This document shows, piece by piece, positions 11,800 through 23,454 of a stretch of DNA of 64,000 nucleotides (positions are counted from its first letter, which is position 1; the number at the start of each line of letters is the position of its first letter). Where the stretch lies: NCBI GenBank assembly GCA_951406725.2, contig OX597835.1, positions 28,396,001 through 28,460,000 of the forward strand, given 5' to 3'. This DNA is from Octopus vulgaris (lineage: Eukaryota). A program made the position numbers and the translations under genes. A model generated the notes under the pieces. The model ran no database searches. It worked only from the letters and a program-made list of their open reading frames with translations, and was not told where the DNA came from.

Positions 11800-12365
11800 A
11801 CTTTTTTACTTGTTTCAGTCATTTGACTGCAGCCATGCTGGAGCACCACCTTTAGTCAAACTAATCGAGTCCAGGACTTATTCTTTGTAAACCTAATACT
11901 TATTCTATTACCGAACCGCTAAGTTACAGGGATGAAAACATACCATCATCAGTTGTTAATGGTGGGAGACCAAACACAGACACACACACATATATATAAA
12001 CAGGCTTCTTTCAGTTTCCATCAACCAAATCCACTCACAAGGCCTTGGTCATCCCGAGGCTATAGTAGAAGGCACTTGCCCAAGGTGCCATGCAGTGGTA
12101 TTGAACCTGTGGTAAGGCGGTGAGCTGGCAGAAACGTTAGCACGCGGGCGAAATGCGTAGCTGTATTTCGTCTGCTGTTACGTTCTGATTTCAAATTCTG
12201 CCGAGGTCGACTTTGCCTTTCATCCTTTCGGGGTCGATAAATTAAGTACCAGTTACGCATTGGGGTTGATATAATCGACTTAATCCGTTTGCCTGTCCTT
12301 GTTTGTCCTCTCTGTGTTTAGCCCCTTGTGGGTAGTAAAGAAATAAGTATTGAACCGCTCCTGCA
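11800..12365 (-). mobile_element. SINE B interrupted near its head by a + strand SINE A (12114-12345)
   Basis: Family B body on the minus strand. The SINE A is flanked by a duplicated gtattgaacc. Confidence 0.8.
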
Positions 12366-12599
12366 CTATACTATGCTATAAATATGTATGTATTTATATA
12401 TGCTAGTGTTTCTTAACTGGCATCTATGCACATTACAAATATAATCTGTAAGTGGAACAGTAAAAATATTGAAGACTTTACTGAAGTGCAAAAAGTGAAT
12501 TTGTTTTTGTTAACTACATCCCAAAATTGGAACTTTGTATCTTTGTTAGAAACTAGGTTACAGGAAGTCTGCAAATAATTGAAAATAAAAGAGGGTGTT

Positions 12600-13292
12600 C
12601 ACATATAGATACATACACACTCATATATACATACATATATTCCTACTTACATACACATGCATGCTTAGATACATTCCTACATACAGACATACAAATATAT
12701 ATATACGTAGATGAAGAAGCATACATGCACACGCTATACATACATTCCTACTTACATACATACAGAAACCTAAAGATACATACATTCATACATACATACA
12801 CACACACACACACCATACATACATACATACAGAAACATAAAGATACATACATACACACACCATACATATATGCATACATTCATACATACAGAAACATATA
12901 TGCACATACTATTTATGCATTCCTACTTACATATATACAGAAACATAAAGACACATACATACATACATGCATGCATGCATGCATACATACATACATGCAT
13001 ACATACATAAACATGCATGCACACATACATACATACATACATACATACATACATACATACATACATAAAGAAACATACATGCACATACTATACATACATT
13101 CCTACTTACATATATACAGAAACATAAAGAAACATAGATACATACACACACCATACATACACACATAAATACATACATGCACATACTATACATACATTCC
13201 TACTTACATACCTACATACATACACACACACATGCATACACACACCATACATGCATGCACACATATACACATACATACATACATGCATACAT
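12600..13292. repeat. (ACAT)n-based complex minisatellite
   Basis: Recurring attcctacttacata...cagaaacataaagatacatac units embedded in ACAT repeats. Confidence 0.85.
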
Positions 13293-13584
13293 AAAGTTTA
13301 ATCAATACAAGAAAAAAAACTTAAGTCAACAATACACATCAGAGAGCGGCAAAGCACAGAAAGAGAAAGAAAGAGCTCCACCGCCCCAGCTCTCTTCCTC
13401 GTTTACTCTCCGTCTCAGTCATTATTTAAACAAGAAAAGCAAAATGCAGTCATAAAGTAGAACAAAGCTTATCGAACAGTGCAGAGCAAATAACTCAAAG
13501 AAAAGCATTTTACATTAGACAACAAGGCATCGTCTTTGAGCACAAACGATCTGCTAGAAATAGCAGCTAAGTTATCATTTTTAT

Positions 13585-13986
13585 TTACTCTTTTACTTGT
13601 TTCAATCATTTGACTGCGGCCATGCTGGAGCACCGCCTTTAGTCGAGCAACTCGACCCCGGGACTTATTCTTTGTAAGGCTAGTACTTATTCTATCAGTC
13701 TCTTTTGCCAAACCGCTAAGTGATGGGGACATAAACACACCAGCATCGGTTGTCAAGCAATACTAGGGGGACAAACACAGACACACAAACATACATGCAC
13801 ACATATATATATATACATATATACGACGGGCTTCTTTCAGTTTCCGTCTACCAAATCCACTCACAAGGCTTTGGTCGACCCAAGGCTATAGTAGAAGACA
13901 CTTGCCCAATGTGCCACGCAGTGGGAGTGAACCCGGAACCATGTGGTTGGTAAGCTAGCTACTTACCACACAGCCACTCCTGCGCC
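13585..13986 (-). mobile_element. SINE family B, full length (tRNA head, CORE-like centre)
   Basis: Minus-strand head ggcgcaggagtggctgtgtggtaag (A box), ggttcactcc (B box), ttgggcaagtgtctt (resembles the CORE domain), internal (TG)n, tail (gtaaaaga). Confidence 0.9.
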
Positions 13987-14411
13987 TTTAAAAAAAAAAA
14001 TCTAATACCTGAGAGTGTATGACACTAGGCTTCTCAAACTGGGATACTCATAGCTCTAGAAGTATATACATGGCTGGATTAAGCCCCATGGAGGCCCGAA
14101 GCTCTTGAAAGATTTTGGTGTCACTACGTATATTTTTTAGCCTTTCAATAGCCTAATACTGACAGCAGGGATCACATACCCTTCCTGAAGATTGCATTTC
14201 CTCATTAGCAAAGACAGGAGATCCTTGGGTGAGGCAGAATTTGCATGGATCCAATGAATCAGTTTGTTGAAGAATGCATCCCACATACCAACCTTCCACA
14301 ATTCAAGGCTGGGATTTTTTATCATTGGGGTTTGCTCCTCTGTGTATGTGTGTGTGTGTGTGTGTGTGCATGTGCACGTGTGTGTGTGTGTATGTATATA
14401 TATATACATAC

Positions 14412-14472
<61 letters not shown>

Positions 14473-14488
14473 CATATATATATATACA

Positions 14489-14883
14489 CTAGCAGTATCG
14501 CCCGGCGTTGCTCGGGTTTGTAAGGGAAATAATTATATAAGCATTTTTAGAGATGTAAAGTATAATAGCCATCTCAATATGGCTAACCACAAAGGGGGAG
14601 GGGTGTTACTGTAGCTTTTTACGTTCTGAGATTTAATAATAAATTTTAGAGAGTTACTTCCCTTATATATGTCAAAAATGGATTAAAAATGGGAAAAATT
14701 GATGGTAAATTTTTTTTTAAATCGTAGACTCATCGTAGACGCGCGCTAATACCCAGACGGTCTCGATATGAATCACGACTATAAGATACCCGGTTTTGGT
14801 TAAACTGCACCGCAAAATGTGGGAGTAGTTAGGAATCTAAATCGTAGGAGACAGACACACAACCTCACTTTTATATATAAAGA
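14489..14883 (-). mobile_element. Non-autonomous Helitron (short)
   Basis: Minus strand: 5' TCtttatatataaaag, 3' hairpin cccgagcaacgccggg, then CTAG. A/T insertion site. Shares ~230 bp with 17266-17499. Confidence 0.85.
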
Positions 14884-15051
14884 TTTCCTCTATTTACATA
14901 ATATTGAGGTCTCTTTCTTTGTTTTGTTATCTTACTGTTTTTACCAATATACATATATATATATATATATATATAAATATATATATAGTTACAGAGATGT
15001 ACTTGCATAGCAAGTGACTTGATCTGAGATCGTGTGCTGGAACGAAAACAG

Positions 15052-15310
15052 TTGCAGCGTTGAAGGTGTTTATAAGCCATTTAAGAAACACACAAAAACC
15101 GTTAGATTCACTTCAACATTTAAATTTAATTTGTCAAAATATTTTCATCGCTTTGAGACCGCGACCTGTTAGCACGATATTTTTGTCAGTGAACAGGTCG
15201 CAGTCTCAAAGCGACGAAAATATTTTGGCAAATTAAATTTAAATGTTGAAGTGAATGTAACGGTTTTTGTGTGTTTCTTAAATGGCTTACAAACACCTTC
15301 CACGCTGCAA
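15052..15310. repeat. Inverted repeat (~118-bp arms), Penelope-like remnant containing a hammerhead motif
   Basis: 15052-15170 is the reverse complement of 15192-15310 with few mismatches, around a ~21-nt spacer. Confidence 0.9.
15182..15232 (+). ncRNA. Minimal type I hammerhead ribozyme candidate with G3:C8 core swap
   Basis: Stem I tttgtca/tggcaaa; core GTGAACA; g; stem II gtcgc-agtctcaaa-gcgac; GAA; palindromic stem III aatatt; cleavage-site nucleotide T15225. Confidence 0.6.
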
Positions 15311-15673
15311 TATATATATACACACATATATATATATGTATGTATGTATGTATGTGTGTATATGTGTATGCATGTATGTGTGTGTGTGTGCGTGTCTGTG
15401 CTTGTGATTGTCCTCCACCACTGCTTGACAACGAATGTTGGTTTGTTTACATCCCTGTCACCTAGTGGTTTGACAAAGGAAACAGATAGAATAAGTACAA
15501 TGCTTACAAAAATAAAACGAGTTGATTCATTAAACTACAATTCTTCAAGGCATTGCCCCAGCATGGCCACAGACCAATGGCTGGAAAAAGCAGAAGAATA
15601 AAAGAATACATTCTCTGCTTTGGTCTTATGTTCAAGGCATGAGAAAGCTTGAGTTTACATGAGAAGGCCTAAC

Positions 15674-16157
15674 AGACCTGGTAGAAACAGCAGCCAAATC
15701 TCCCCCAAATCACACCTTACTGTCTTATCTATGTATATATGTATGTATGAGCCTATGAGGGAGACCCCTACATGGCAGCTAGACCTGGTAGAAATAGCAG
15801 CCAAATTTCCCCCAAATCACACCTTACTGTCTTATCTATGTATATATGTATGTATGAGCCTATGAGGGAGACCCCTACATGGCAGCTAGACCTGGTAGAA
15901 ATAGCAGCCAAATTTCCCCCAAATCACACCTTACTGTCTTATCTATGTATATATGTATGTATGAGCCTATGAGGGAGACCCCTACATGGCAGCTAGACCT
16001 GGTAGAAATAGCAGCCAAATTTCCCCCAAATCACACCTTACTGTCTTATCTATGTATATATGTATGTATGAGCCTATGAGGGAGACCCTACATGGCAGCT
16101 AGACGTGCTAGAAATAGCAGCCAAATCTCCCTCAAATCACACCTTACTGTCTTATCT
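15674..16157. repeat. 107-bp tandem repeat, ~4.5 nearly identical units
   Basis: Unit starts (agacctggtagaaa) at 15674, 15781, 15888, 15995 and 16101. Confidence 0.95.
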
Positions 16158-16221
16158 TTCTGCTACTTGAATATAGGTGTTATATTCGTCGTAAAAAAAC
16201 TTTCCTGTCACACACTCACGC

Positions 16222-16259
<38 letters not shown>

Positions 16260-16309
16260 CCACTCACACACACGCACGTTAGCTTACAATTTTATTTATA
16301 TATTTGCAT

Positions 16310-16641
16310 GTCTGTGTGGAAAGAGGAAGTGGGAGGCAGAGTGAAAGAATCACTCACTACAGTAAGTCAATTACTTTCATTTTATTCGTTGCCCACTGTG
16401 TGTGTGCGTTTGCGTGTGCTGTAAACCAGACTAAGAAAAGCATTTGACACACACACCAGAATGTGAGTTTTCTGTAAATTTTGCTTAACTGGAGTTTAAA
16501 TTTTAAAAACTGGACCTGGCATGACATGATGCATTGTACTCTTAAAAATGCAAGGTAAATTGTAATTGAAGAAATCCTATATTGTAGATTTGTATAACTC
16601 CCAAAGGGAGGCAGATAAAATCTGCCTTTTATAATAAGAGA
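16310..16641 (-). mobile_element. Helitron 5' segment; direct repeat of 17820-18150
   Basis: Minus-strand 5' end TCtcttattataaaaggcagattttatctgcc. ~330 bp nearly identical to 17820-18150. Confidence 0.7.
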
Positions 16642-16653
16642 TATATATATGTA

Positions 16654-17499
16654 CTAGCAGAATTGCCCGGCGTTGCTCGGGGCTGAATTGCTTGAAAGTA
16701 CTGTTAATGATTGCACTGAATTATGATGATTATTCAGGCAAATATTGAAATAAGCTTACGATGGGAGATAAGGACTTAACGCCAAACGTGTGCCATTGCA
16801 TTGTTTTGGGGGAACCAAATTTCTGATGAGCATTATAGGGGCACTAACTTTAAGTTTGAGAAAGTGTGGTGGTAGTCCGGGGTGCTCAAAGGAATTGAGT
16901 ACCTCTATTGGATAGTTGATGACGTCCTCTGGGTCAGGAGTTGTATTGATAGACTGATATACATCGACTTCCCCAGGAATGAGTTTTAGCATTTCATCAT
17001 TAATATGGTGAACAGTTTTATTCCTTGGGGCCAGTATAGCCTTTTTGCCAATCCAATCCATATTCTGATAATTAGCTTGTAAATCTGGGAACACTGCATC
17101 TCTGAGATCAGAAGGCGTCTTAACAATGGTACAAATGGAATCGATGGCAATATTACCATTTTCATCCCCTGGTATTTTGCCTTCGCCAAGTGCAAGGAGG
17201 GTGTGAGGAAATGCTGGTGATGTGATATTACGTCGCATATGAGCACGCATATTGGTGTGAAGTTTGAGAGTTACTTCCGTTTATTTAAAAAAATATGCAT
17301 TAAAATGGAAAAAAATGATGGTAAATTATTTGTAAAATCATAGACTCATCGTAGACGCGCGCTAATACCCAGAAGGGCTCGATATGAATCACGACTATAA
17401 GATACCCGGTTTTGGTTAAACTGCATCGCAAAATGTGGGAGTAGTTAGGAATCTAAATCGTAGGAGACAGACACACAACCTTTCTTTTATATATAAATA
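16654..17499 (-). mobile_element. Helitron carrying a RepHel Pif1-helicase fragment
   Basis: 3' hairpin cccgagcaacgccggg plus CTAG at 16654. 5' part is shared with 14489-14883. Confidence 0.85.
16780..17270 (-). pseudogene. Helitron Pif1-like helicase C-terminal fragment
   Basis: L.TNMR...LLALGEG...KAILAPRNKTVHHIN...YPIEVLNS...GLPPHFLKLKV.APIMLIRNL.P...CNGTRL are canonical Helitron helicase motifs. Truncated after CNGTRL. Confidence 0.9.
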
Positions 17500-17819
17500 C
17501 ATACATACACACACACATACATACACACACACACACACATACATGCATATACACATAAACCGAGTAAAAAATTTCAGTTATCTCTCTCTTTCACACATTA
17601 CTCTCTCTGTCTCTTCACACACACTAACAGAAGCACTTCACTTACACAACATACTGTCTGTCTCCCACACTCCATCAAACACACACACACACACACACAC
17701 ACATGTACATCAATGAGTCCCATGCACGGTAACTTCAAAGGAACTTCCCTCGTCATACAATCGCTTTCTCTTAGTCTCTTTCGCTCTCATTACTTATGTA
17801 AAAAAATAAAAGTTTTTTC

Positions 17820-18150
17820 TATGTGTGTAAAGAGGAAGTGGGAGGCAGAGTGAAAGAATCACTCACTACAGTAAGTGAATTACTTTCATTTTATTCCTTG
17901 CCCACTGTGTGTGTGCATTTGCGTGTGGTGTAAACCAGACTAAGAAAAGCATTTGACACACACACCAGAATGTGAGTTTTCTGTAAATTTTGCTTAATTG
18001 GAGTTTAAATTTTAAAAACTGGACCTGGCATGACGCGATGCATTGTACTCTTAAAACTGCTAGGTAAATTGTAATTGAAGAAATCCTATATTGTAGATTT
18101 GTATAACTCCCAAAGGGAGGCAGATAAAATCTGCCTTTTATAATAAGAGA
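17820..18150 (-). mobile_element. Helitron 5' segment; second copy
   Basis: See 16310-16641. Ends ...ttttataataagaga|t. Confidence 0.7.
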
Positions 18151-18168
18151 TATATATACATATATATG

Positions 18169-18235
<67 letters not shown>

Positions 18236-18237
<2 letters not shown>

Positions 18238-18606
18238 TCATCATCATCATCATCATCGTTTAACGTCCGCTTTCCATGCTAGCATGGGTTGGACGGTTCA
18301 ACTGGAGTCTGGCAAGCCCGAAGGCTGCACCAGGCCAGTCAGATCTGGCAGTGTTTCTACAGCTGGATGCCCTTCCTAACGCCAACCACTCCGAGAGTGT
18401 AGTGGGTGATTTTATGTGCCACCGACACAGGTGCCAGACGAGGCTGGCAGACGGCCACGCTCGGATGGTGTTTTTTATGTGCCACCGACACAGGTGCCAG
18501 ACGAGGCTGGCAGACGGCCACGCTCGGATGGTGTTTTCGGTGTTTTCTTGGCAGACGGCCACGCTTGGATGGTGTTTTCTTATGTCCCACCGACACATAT
18601 ACATAT

Positions 18607-18656
<50 letters not shown>

Positions 18657-18921
18657 TACATATATATATACATATATATATATATATATGTATATATATA
18701 CATATATATATGTATATATATATACATATTTATTTGTATATATATACATATATATACATATATATATATATATATGGTGTTAGGAAGGGCATCCAGCTGT
18801 AGAAACACTGCCAGATCTGACTGGCCTGGTGCAGCCTTCGGGCTTGCCAGACCCCAGTTGAACCGTCCAACCCATGCTAGCATGGAAAGCGGACGTTAAA
18901 CGATGATGATGATGATGATGA
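18236..18921. repeat. Two RTE 3'-end (family D) copies in inverted orientation around a (TA)n tract
   Basis: 18236-18380 and 18777-18921 are reverse complements with ~1 mismatch. Confidence 0.9.
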
Positions 18922-19028
18922 TATATATATATATATTATAGGGAGAGTTTACGAAAAAAACAAAAGACGAAGACAGGTGGTGTACAAAACAAACAGATGT
19001 ATTAGTATAACGCTCAGGAATAGAAAAA

Positions 19029-19070
19029 GTCTTTTACGTTTCGAGCCTATGCTCTTCTACAGAAAGGGAC
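19029..19070 (-). ncRNA. Minimal hammerhead motif in a Penelope-like remnant (A6>U)
   Basis: Minus strand: gtc-cc-ttt CTGTAGA a gagc-atag-gctc GAA acgt A aaa-gac. Bulged stem I, 4-bp stem II, palindromic ACGU stem III, GUA triplet. Confidence 0.6.
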
Positions 19071-19240
19071 ACAGAAAAAAGGAGAGAAAAAAATGTGTGT
19101 AGTGGCTAAGGGAGTATAACTCCAAACTTACCGGGAAAAATTCAATTTAGTATTAAATCAAATTTCCCAATATAAATATATAAAATATAAATTAGAGAAA
19201 AAAAACCATAATAGTAGTTTTCTTCTCTAATTTATATATA

Positions 19241-19649
19241 ATCTCTTTTTACTCTTTTACTTATTTCAGTCATTTGACTGCGGCCATGCTGGAGTACCGC
19301 CTTTAATCGAGGAACTCGACCCCGGGACTTATTCTTTGTAAGCCCAGTACTTATTCTATCGGTCTCTTTTGCCGAACCACTAAGTAACGGGGACATAAAC
19401 ACACCAGCATCGGTTGTCAAGCAATGCTAGGGGACAAACACAGACACACAAACATACATGCACACATATATATATATACATATATACGACGGGCTTCTTT
19501 CAGTTTCTGTCTACCAAATCCACTCAGAAGGCTTTGGTCGGCCCGAGGCTATAGTAGAAGACACTTGTCCAAGGTGCCACGCAGTGGGACTGAACCCGGA
19601 ACCATGTGGTTGATAGACAAGCTACTTACCACACAGCCACTCCTGCACC
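19241..19649 (-). mobile_element. SINE family B, full length
   Basis: As for 13585-13986. Confidence 0.9.
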
Positions 19650-19894
19650 TATATATATATATTAATCAATGAAATTCCAACAAAGTCTGAATTTTATTGT
19701 TTTATTATTTGCAATTTTTACAATTTTACAATCTTGAAATAGACCAGTACTTTCATTTTCATGGATCATCTGTGGACAAGATATCTCAAGAACCACTGGA
19801 TAGATTCGGATGAATCTTTCAGGGATGTTTGGCCTCATAACTGGTACAAACTGACTAGATTTTGGGATCAAGGATTCTGGATTATTTTTACTTT

Positions 19895-20236
19895 ATGGAA
19901 ATTGTAGCTGTGATACCAGTGCTGGTGGCACATAAAGAGAACCATCCGAACATGGCCGTTGCCAGTGCCGCCCCGACTGGCTTCCATGCCAGTGGCATGT
20001 AAAAAGCACCATCCGATCGCGGCCGTTGCCAGCCTCATCTGGCACCTGTGCTGGTGGCACGTAAAAAGCACCCACTACACTCATGCAGTGGTTGGCGTTA
20101 GGAAGGGCATCCAGCCGTAGAAACATTGCCAGATCAGACTGGGCCTGGTGCAGCCTTCTGGCTTCCCAGACCCCAGTTGCACCGTCCAACCCATGCCAGC
20201 ATGGAAAGCGGACGCTAAACGATGATGATGATGATG
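19895..20236 (+). mobile_element. RTE LINE 3' UTR (family D) with repeated hairpin modules and (GAT)n tail
   Basis: Three gtggcac(g)taaaaagcacc modules, then ttggcgttaggaagggcatccagcc, tail gatgatgat. Confidence 0.85.
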
Positions 20237-20506
20237 TATATGTAAAATTCTACATCATTTTCTTGTACATGCACACACATATACTCACACATTTTCAGCA
20301 TTGAACATTATCACCCCATTTCCATTGTACACACACACACAAACATACCTTTCTTTTATGCACACATATACTCACACTTCAAACAGTTTATTGGCTTTTT
20401 CACCCCTTCCTTCGTTATTCTATCATCCCTTCCTTTCTCATTCATATGAAGCTCTCTTTACCACTTTGTTTCGTCTTTCTCATTGTCATTACTTTCTCTC
20501 ACTCCC

Positions 20507-20652
20507 TCTCAGTCATGGCTATTACTCTCACTACTTCTCCTTCACTGTATTAGCACTTCATCTCCTCTCCCTTCACCTCTCAGTCATGGCTATTACTCTC
20601 ACTACTTCTCCTTCATTGTATTAGTATTTCATCTCCTCTCCCTTCACCTCTC
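20507..20652. repeat. 71-bp tandem duplication
   Basis: ctctcagtcatggctattactctcactacttctccttc... occurs twice in tandem. Confidence 0.85.
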
Positions 20653-21261
20653 ACTCAATATGCATATATTTGGATTATTTTTCTGTTTGAGAGCGGTTGG
20701 GTTCATTTTTAGTATTCCCATTTGCGAAAGCAGTCCATTTCATTTCAGATATTCTCATTTTAAAAATCATCTCCGGCTAATTGCTGAGAGGACATTGGTG
20801 TTGCCTTGGTGGCGGTTTGCACTCTCTGTTGCTTTTATAATCAGTATCAAAGTTCTTTTCAAAATGGTAATTAGACACATCCTGTTCAAAGTCTATCACA
20901 ATTCATATTTATTGCAGTTTTGATTTACAGCAATTATTCTTTTCCCTCTTTTTTATATATATTTTTTTAATTCACTTTTACAAAATCTGAAGCAAATATC
21001 TATTTTTTAAAAAATGGTAAAATTTTATTTCTAAATATTTATCTCAATAAGTCCTAAACCATTCTATTATGAGTCAACAATTTTAACAAGCATTATGGGT
21101 AAATATTTAATTAAAATGCTTTAACGCTTTCATTTTGGAGCACACATATGGTGGGTGACTGCTCCTTGCAGAGTTTGACCCCTTGTTGTATCTATTATTG
21201 CTCATTTCGAGCATGAGATCCTTAAATGACTTTTGAGCCTTGAAAGGCATTTGAAGAGCTT

Positions 21262-21660
21262 TTTTACTCTTTTACTTGTTTCAGTCATTTGATGGTGGCC
21301 ATGCTGGAGCACTGCCTTTAGTTGAGAAAATCAACCCCAGGACTTATTATTTGTAAGCCTAGTACTTATTCTATCGGTCTCTTTTGCCGAACCACTAAGT
21401 TACAGGGACATAAACATACCAGCATCGGTTGTCAAGCAATGTTGGGGGAACAAACACAAGCACACACACACATACATATATATATATATACATACATACA
21501 ACGGGCTTCTTTCAGTTTCCGTCTACCAAATCCACTCACAAAGCTTTGGTCGGCCCGAGGCTATAGTAGAAGACACTTGCCCAAGGTGCCATGTAGTGGG
21601 AATGAACCAGGAACCATGCGGTTGGTAAGCAAGCTATTTGCCACACAGCCATTCCTGTAC
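21262..21660 (-). mobile_element. SINE family B
   Basis: Family B body and tail. Confidence 0.9.
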
Positions 21661-21830
21661 CTATAGATATTTACCACACAGCCACTCCTGCGCCTATAGA
21701 TATTTACCACACAGCCACTCCTGCGCCTATAGATATTTACCACACAGCCACTCCTGCGCTTATAGATATTTACCACACAGCCACTCCTGCGCTTATAGAT
21801 ATTTACCACACAGACACTACTGCGCCTATA
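21635..21830 (-). repeat. 33-bp tandem array (6 units) of the SINE B head
   Basis: Unit ggcgcaggagtggctgtgtggtaaatatctata on the minus strand. Confidence 0.95.
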
Positions 21831-21869
21831 TATATATATATATATATAAAAATAAAAAATAATAAATGC

Positions 21870-22113
21870 GTCCTTTTAAAGCCTAGCCAGGCTCATGGGC
21901 CCTGTTTCCCGGTTTCAATGGAGTATCTGTTCCCCAGCTGGATGGGACGCCAGTCCATTGTATCGTTACTCATTTCTGCCAGCTGAGTGGACTGGAGCAA
22001 TGTGAAATGAAGTGTTTTGCTCAAGAACACAACACGTCGCCCGGTCCAGGAATGGAAACCACAATCTTACGATCACGGTGCTGACATCCTAACCACTAAG
22101 CCACGTGCCTCCA
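21870..22113 (-). mobile_element. tRNA-derived SINE family F
   Basis: Minus-strand head gtggaggcacgtggcttagtggttag...gtggtttccattcc, then tgtgttcttgagcaaaacacttcatttcac...ccactcagctgg. Other copies at ~39850, 40790, 41189 and 58965. Confidence 0.8.
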
Positions 22114-22346
22114 CATATATATAGCTGATCATATATGCTAAATTAACGTCTCATTTCAACATTAGCTCCATTTTCTGTTTGTTTATTATGGAATGTTCAA
22201 GTTCTGCTTCAATCCTACACACACACACACTACAAACGATCACAATATTTGGGACAATAAAAATTTGCAAGATCATCTCAAGATTTTGAGGATGTCGAAC
22301 AAAACAAGATACTTTCCTTCCCAACCTTGCTACCAAGTTGGTGGTT

Positions 22347-22573
22347 ACTCTCTTTTTAACTCTTTTACTTGTTTCAGTCATTTGACTGTGGCCATGCTGG
22401 AGCACAACCTTTAATCGAGCAACTCGACCCTGGGACTTATTCTTTGTAAGCCCAGTACTTATTCTATTGGTCTCTTTTGCCGAACCGCTAAGTGATGGGG
22501 ACATAAACACACCAGCATCGGTTGTCAAGCAATGCTAGGGGGACAAACACAGACACACAAACACACACATATA

Positions 22574-22618
<45 letters not shown>

Positions 22619-22778
22619 GACGGGCTTCTTTCAGTTTCCGTCTACCAAATCCACTCACAAGGCTTTGGTCGGCCCGAGGCTATAGTAGAAGACACTTGCC
22701 CAGGGTGCCACGCAATGGGAGTGAACCCGGAACCATGTGGTTGGTAAGCAAGCTACTTACCACACAGCCACTCCTGCG
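22347..22778 (-). mobile_element. SINE family B, full length
   Basis: As for 13585-13986. Confidence 0.9.
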
Positions 22779-23454
22779 CTGGTCAAAATTTATTCTAAAT
22801 TGAAAGGGGAAAGAGATGCTTTTCACTGTAATCTCCTCAGTCACACATTAACCTTTCAAATAATTGTTTAGTCATGAGTCACTCAGTTATGACATGGTTC
22901 ATACAGTTGGTTTGTTTGCATTGATAATTATCTCATGCACTACTACTCACTGGAAGTAATTAAAACAAGACAGTGACACTTAAATTTAGAGAATTCTATG
23001 CTCTGACGTACATTCACAATATGAATTAATAATGGTTCCAACAATTCATACAAGGTCAACAATTTTAAGAGAGGGATTAGCCAGTTATGTCGACTCCAGT
23101 GATCAACTGTTATTTATTTTGAAAGGCAAAGTTGACCTTGGTGGAACTTAGAACATAAAGCTGGAAAGAATGCCACTAAACATTTTGTCTGACGTGCTAC
23201 CAATTCTACTGGCTGCCAACCTATGAATTTAGAAACAAAATTGGTGGAAACAAAACCCGGACTGAAAGGGTCTTAAAGTTAACTTGGCAAAGACCAAGGT
23301 CCTAGGAAGCAAGAAATTGGACAGAACCCTTCGTCCTTCAGGTAAATAGCTCTACTTGTTCTATAGGAAGAGTCTAGGCAGAAATTCTATCTGGTGTACT
23401 TAGAGCAAGCTGGACATTTTTTTTAAACAACGAAAAAATAGAGTACACACACGC

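Noticed and set aside
15674-16157. Repeated 66-aa ORFs or CRISPR-like periodicity
   Set aside because: Identical tandem units with no spacers; the ORFs are a by-product of the repeat.
21635-21830. 33-bp repeats as a CRISPR array
   Set aside because: No unique spacers, the unit is a SINE head, the context is eukaryotic, and there are no cas genes.
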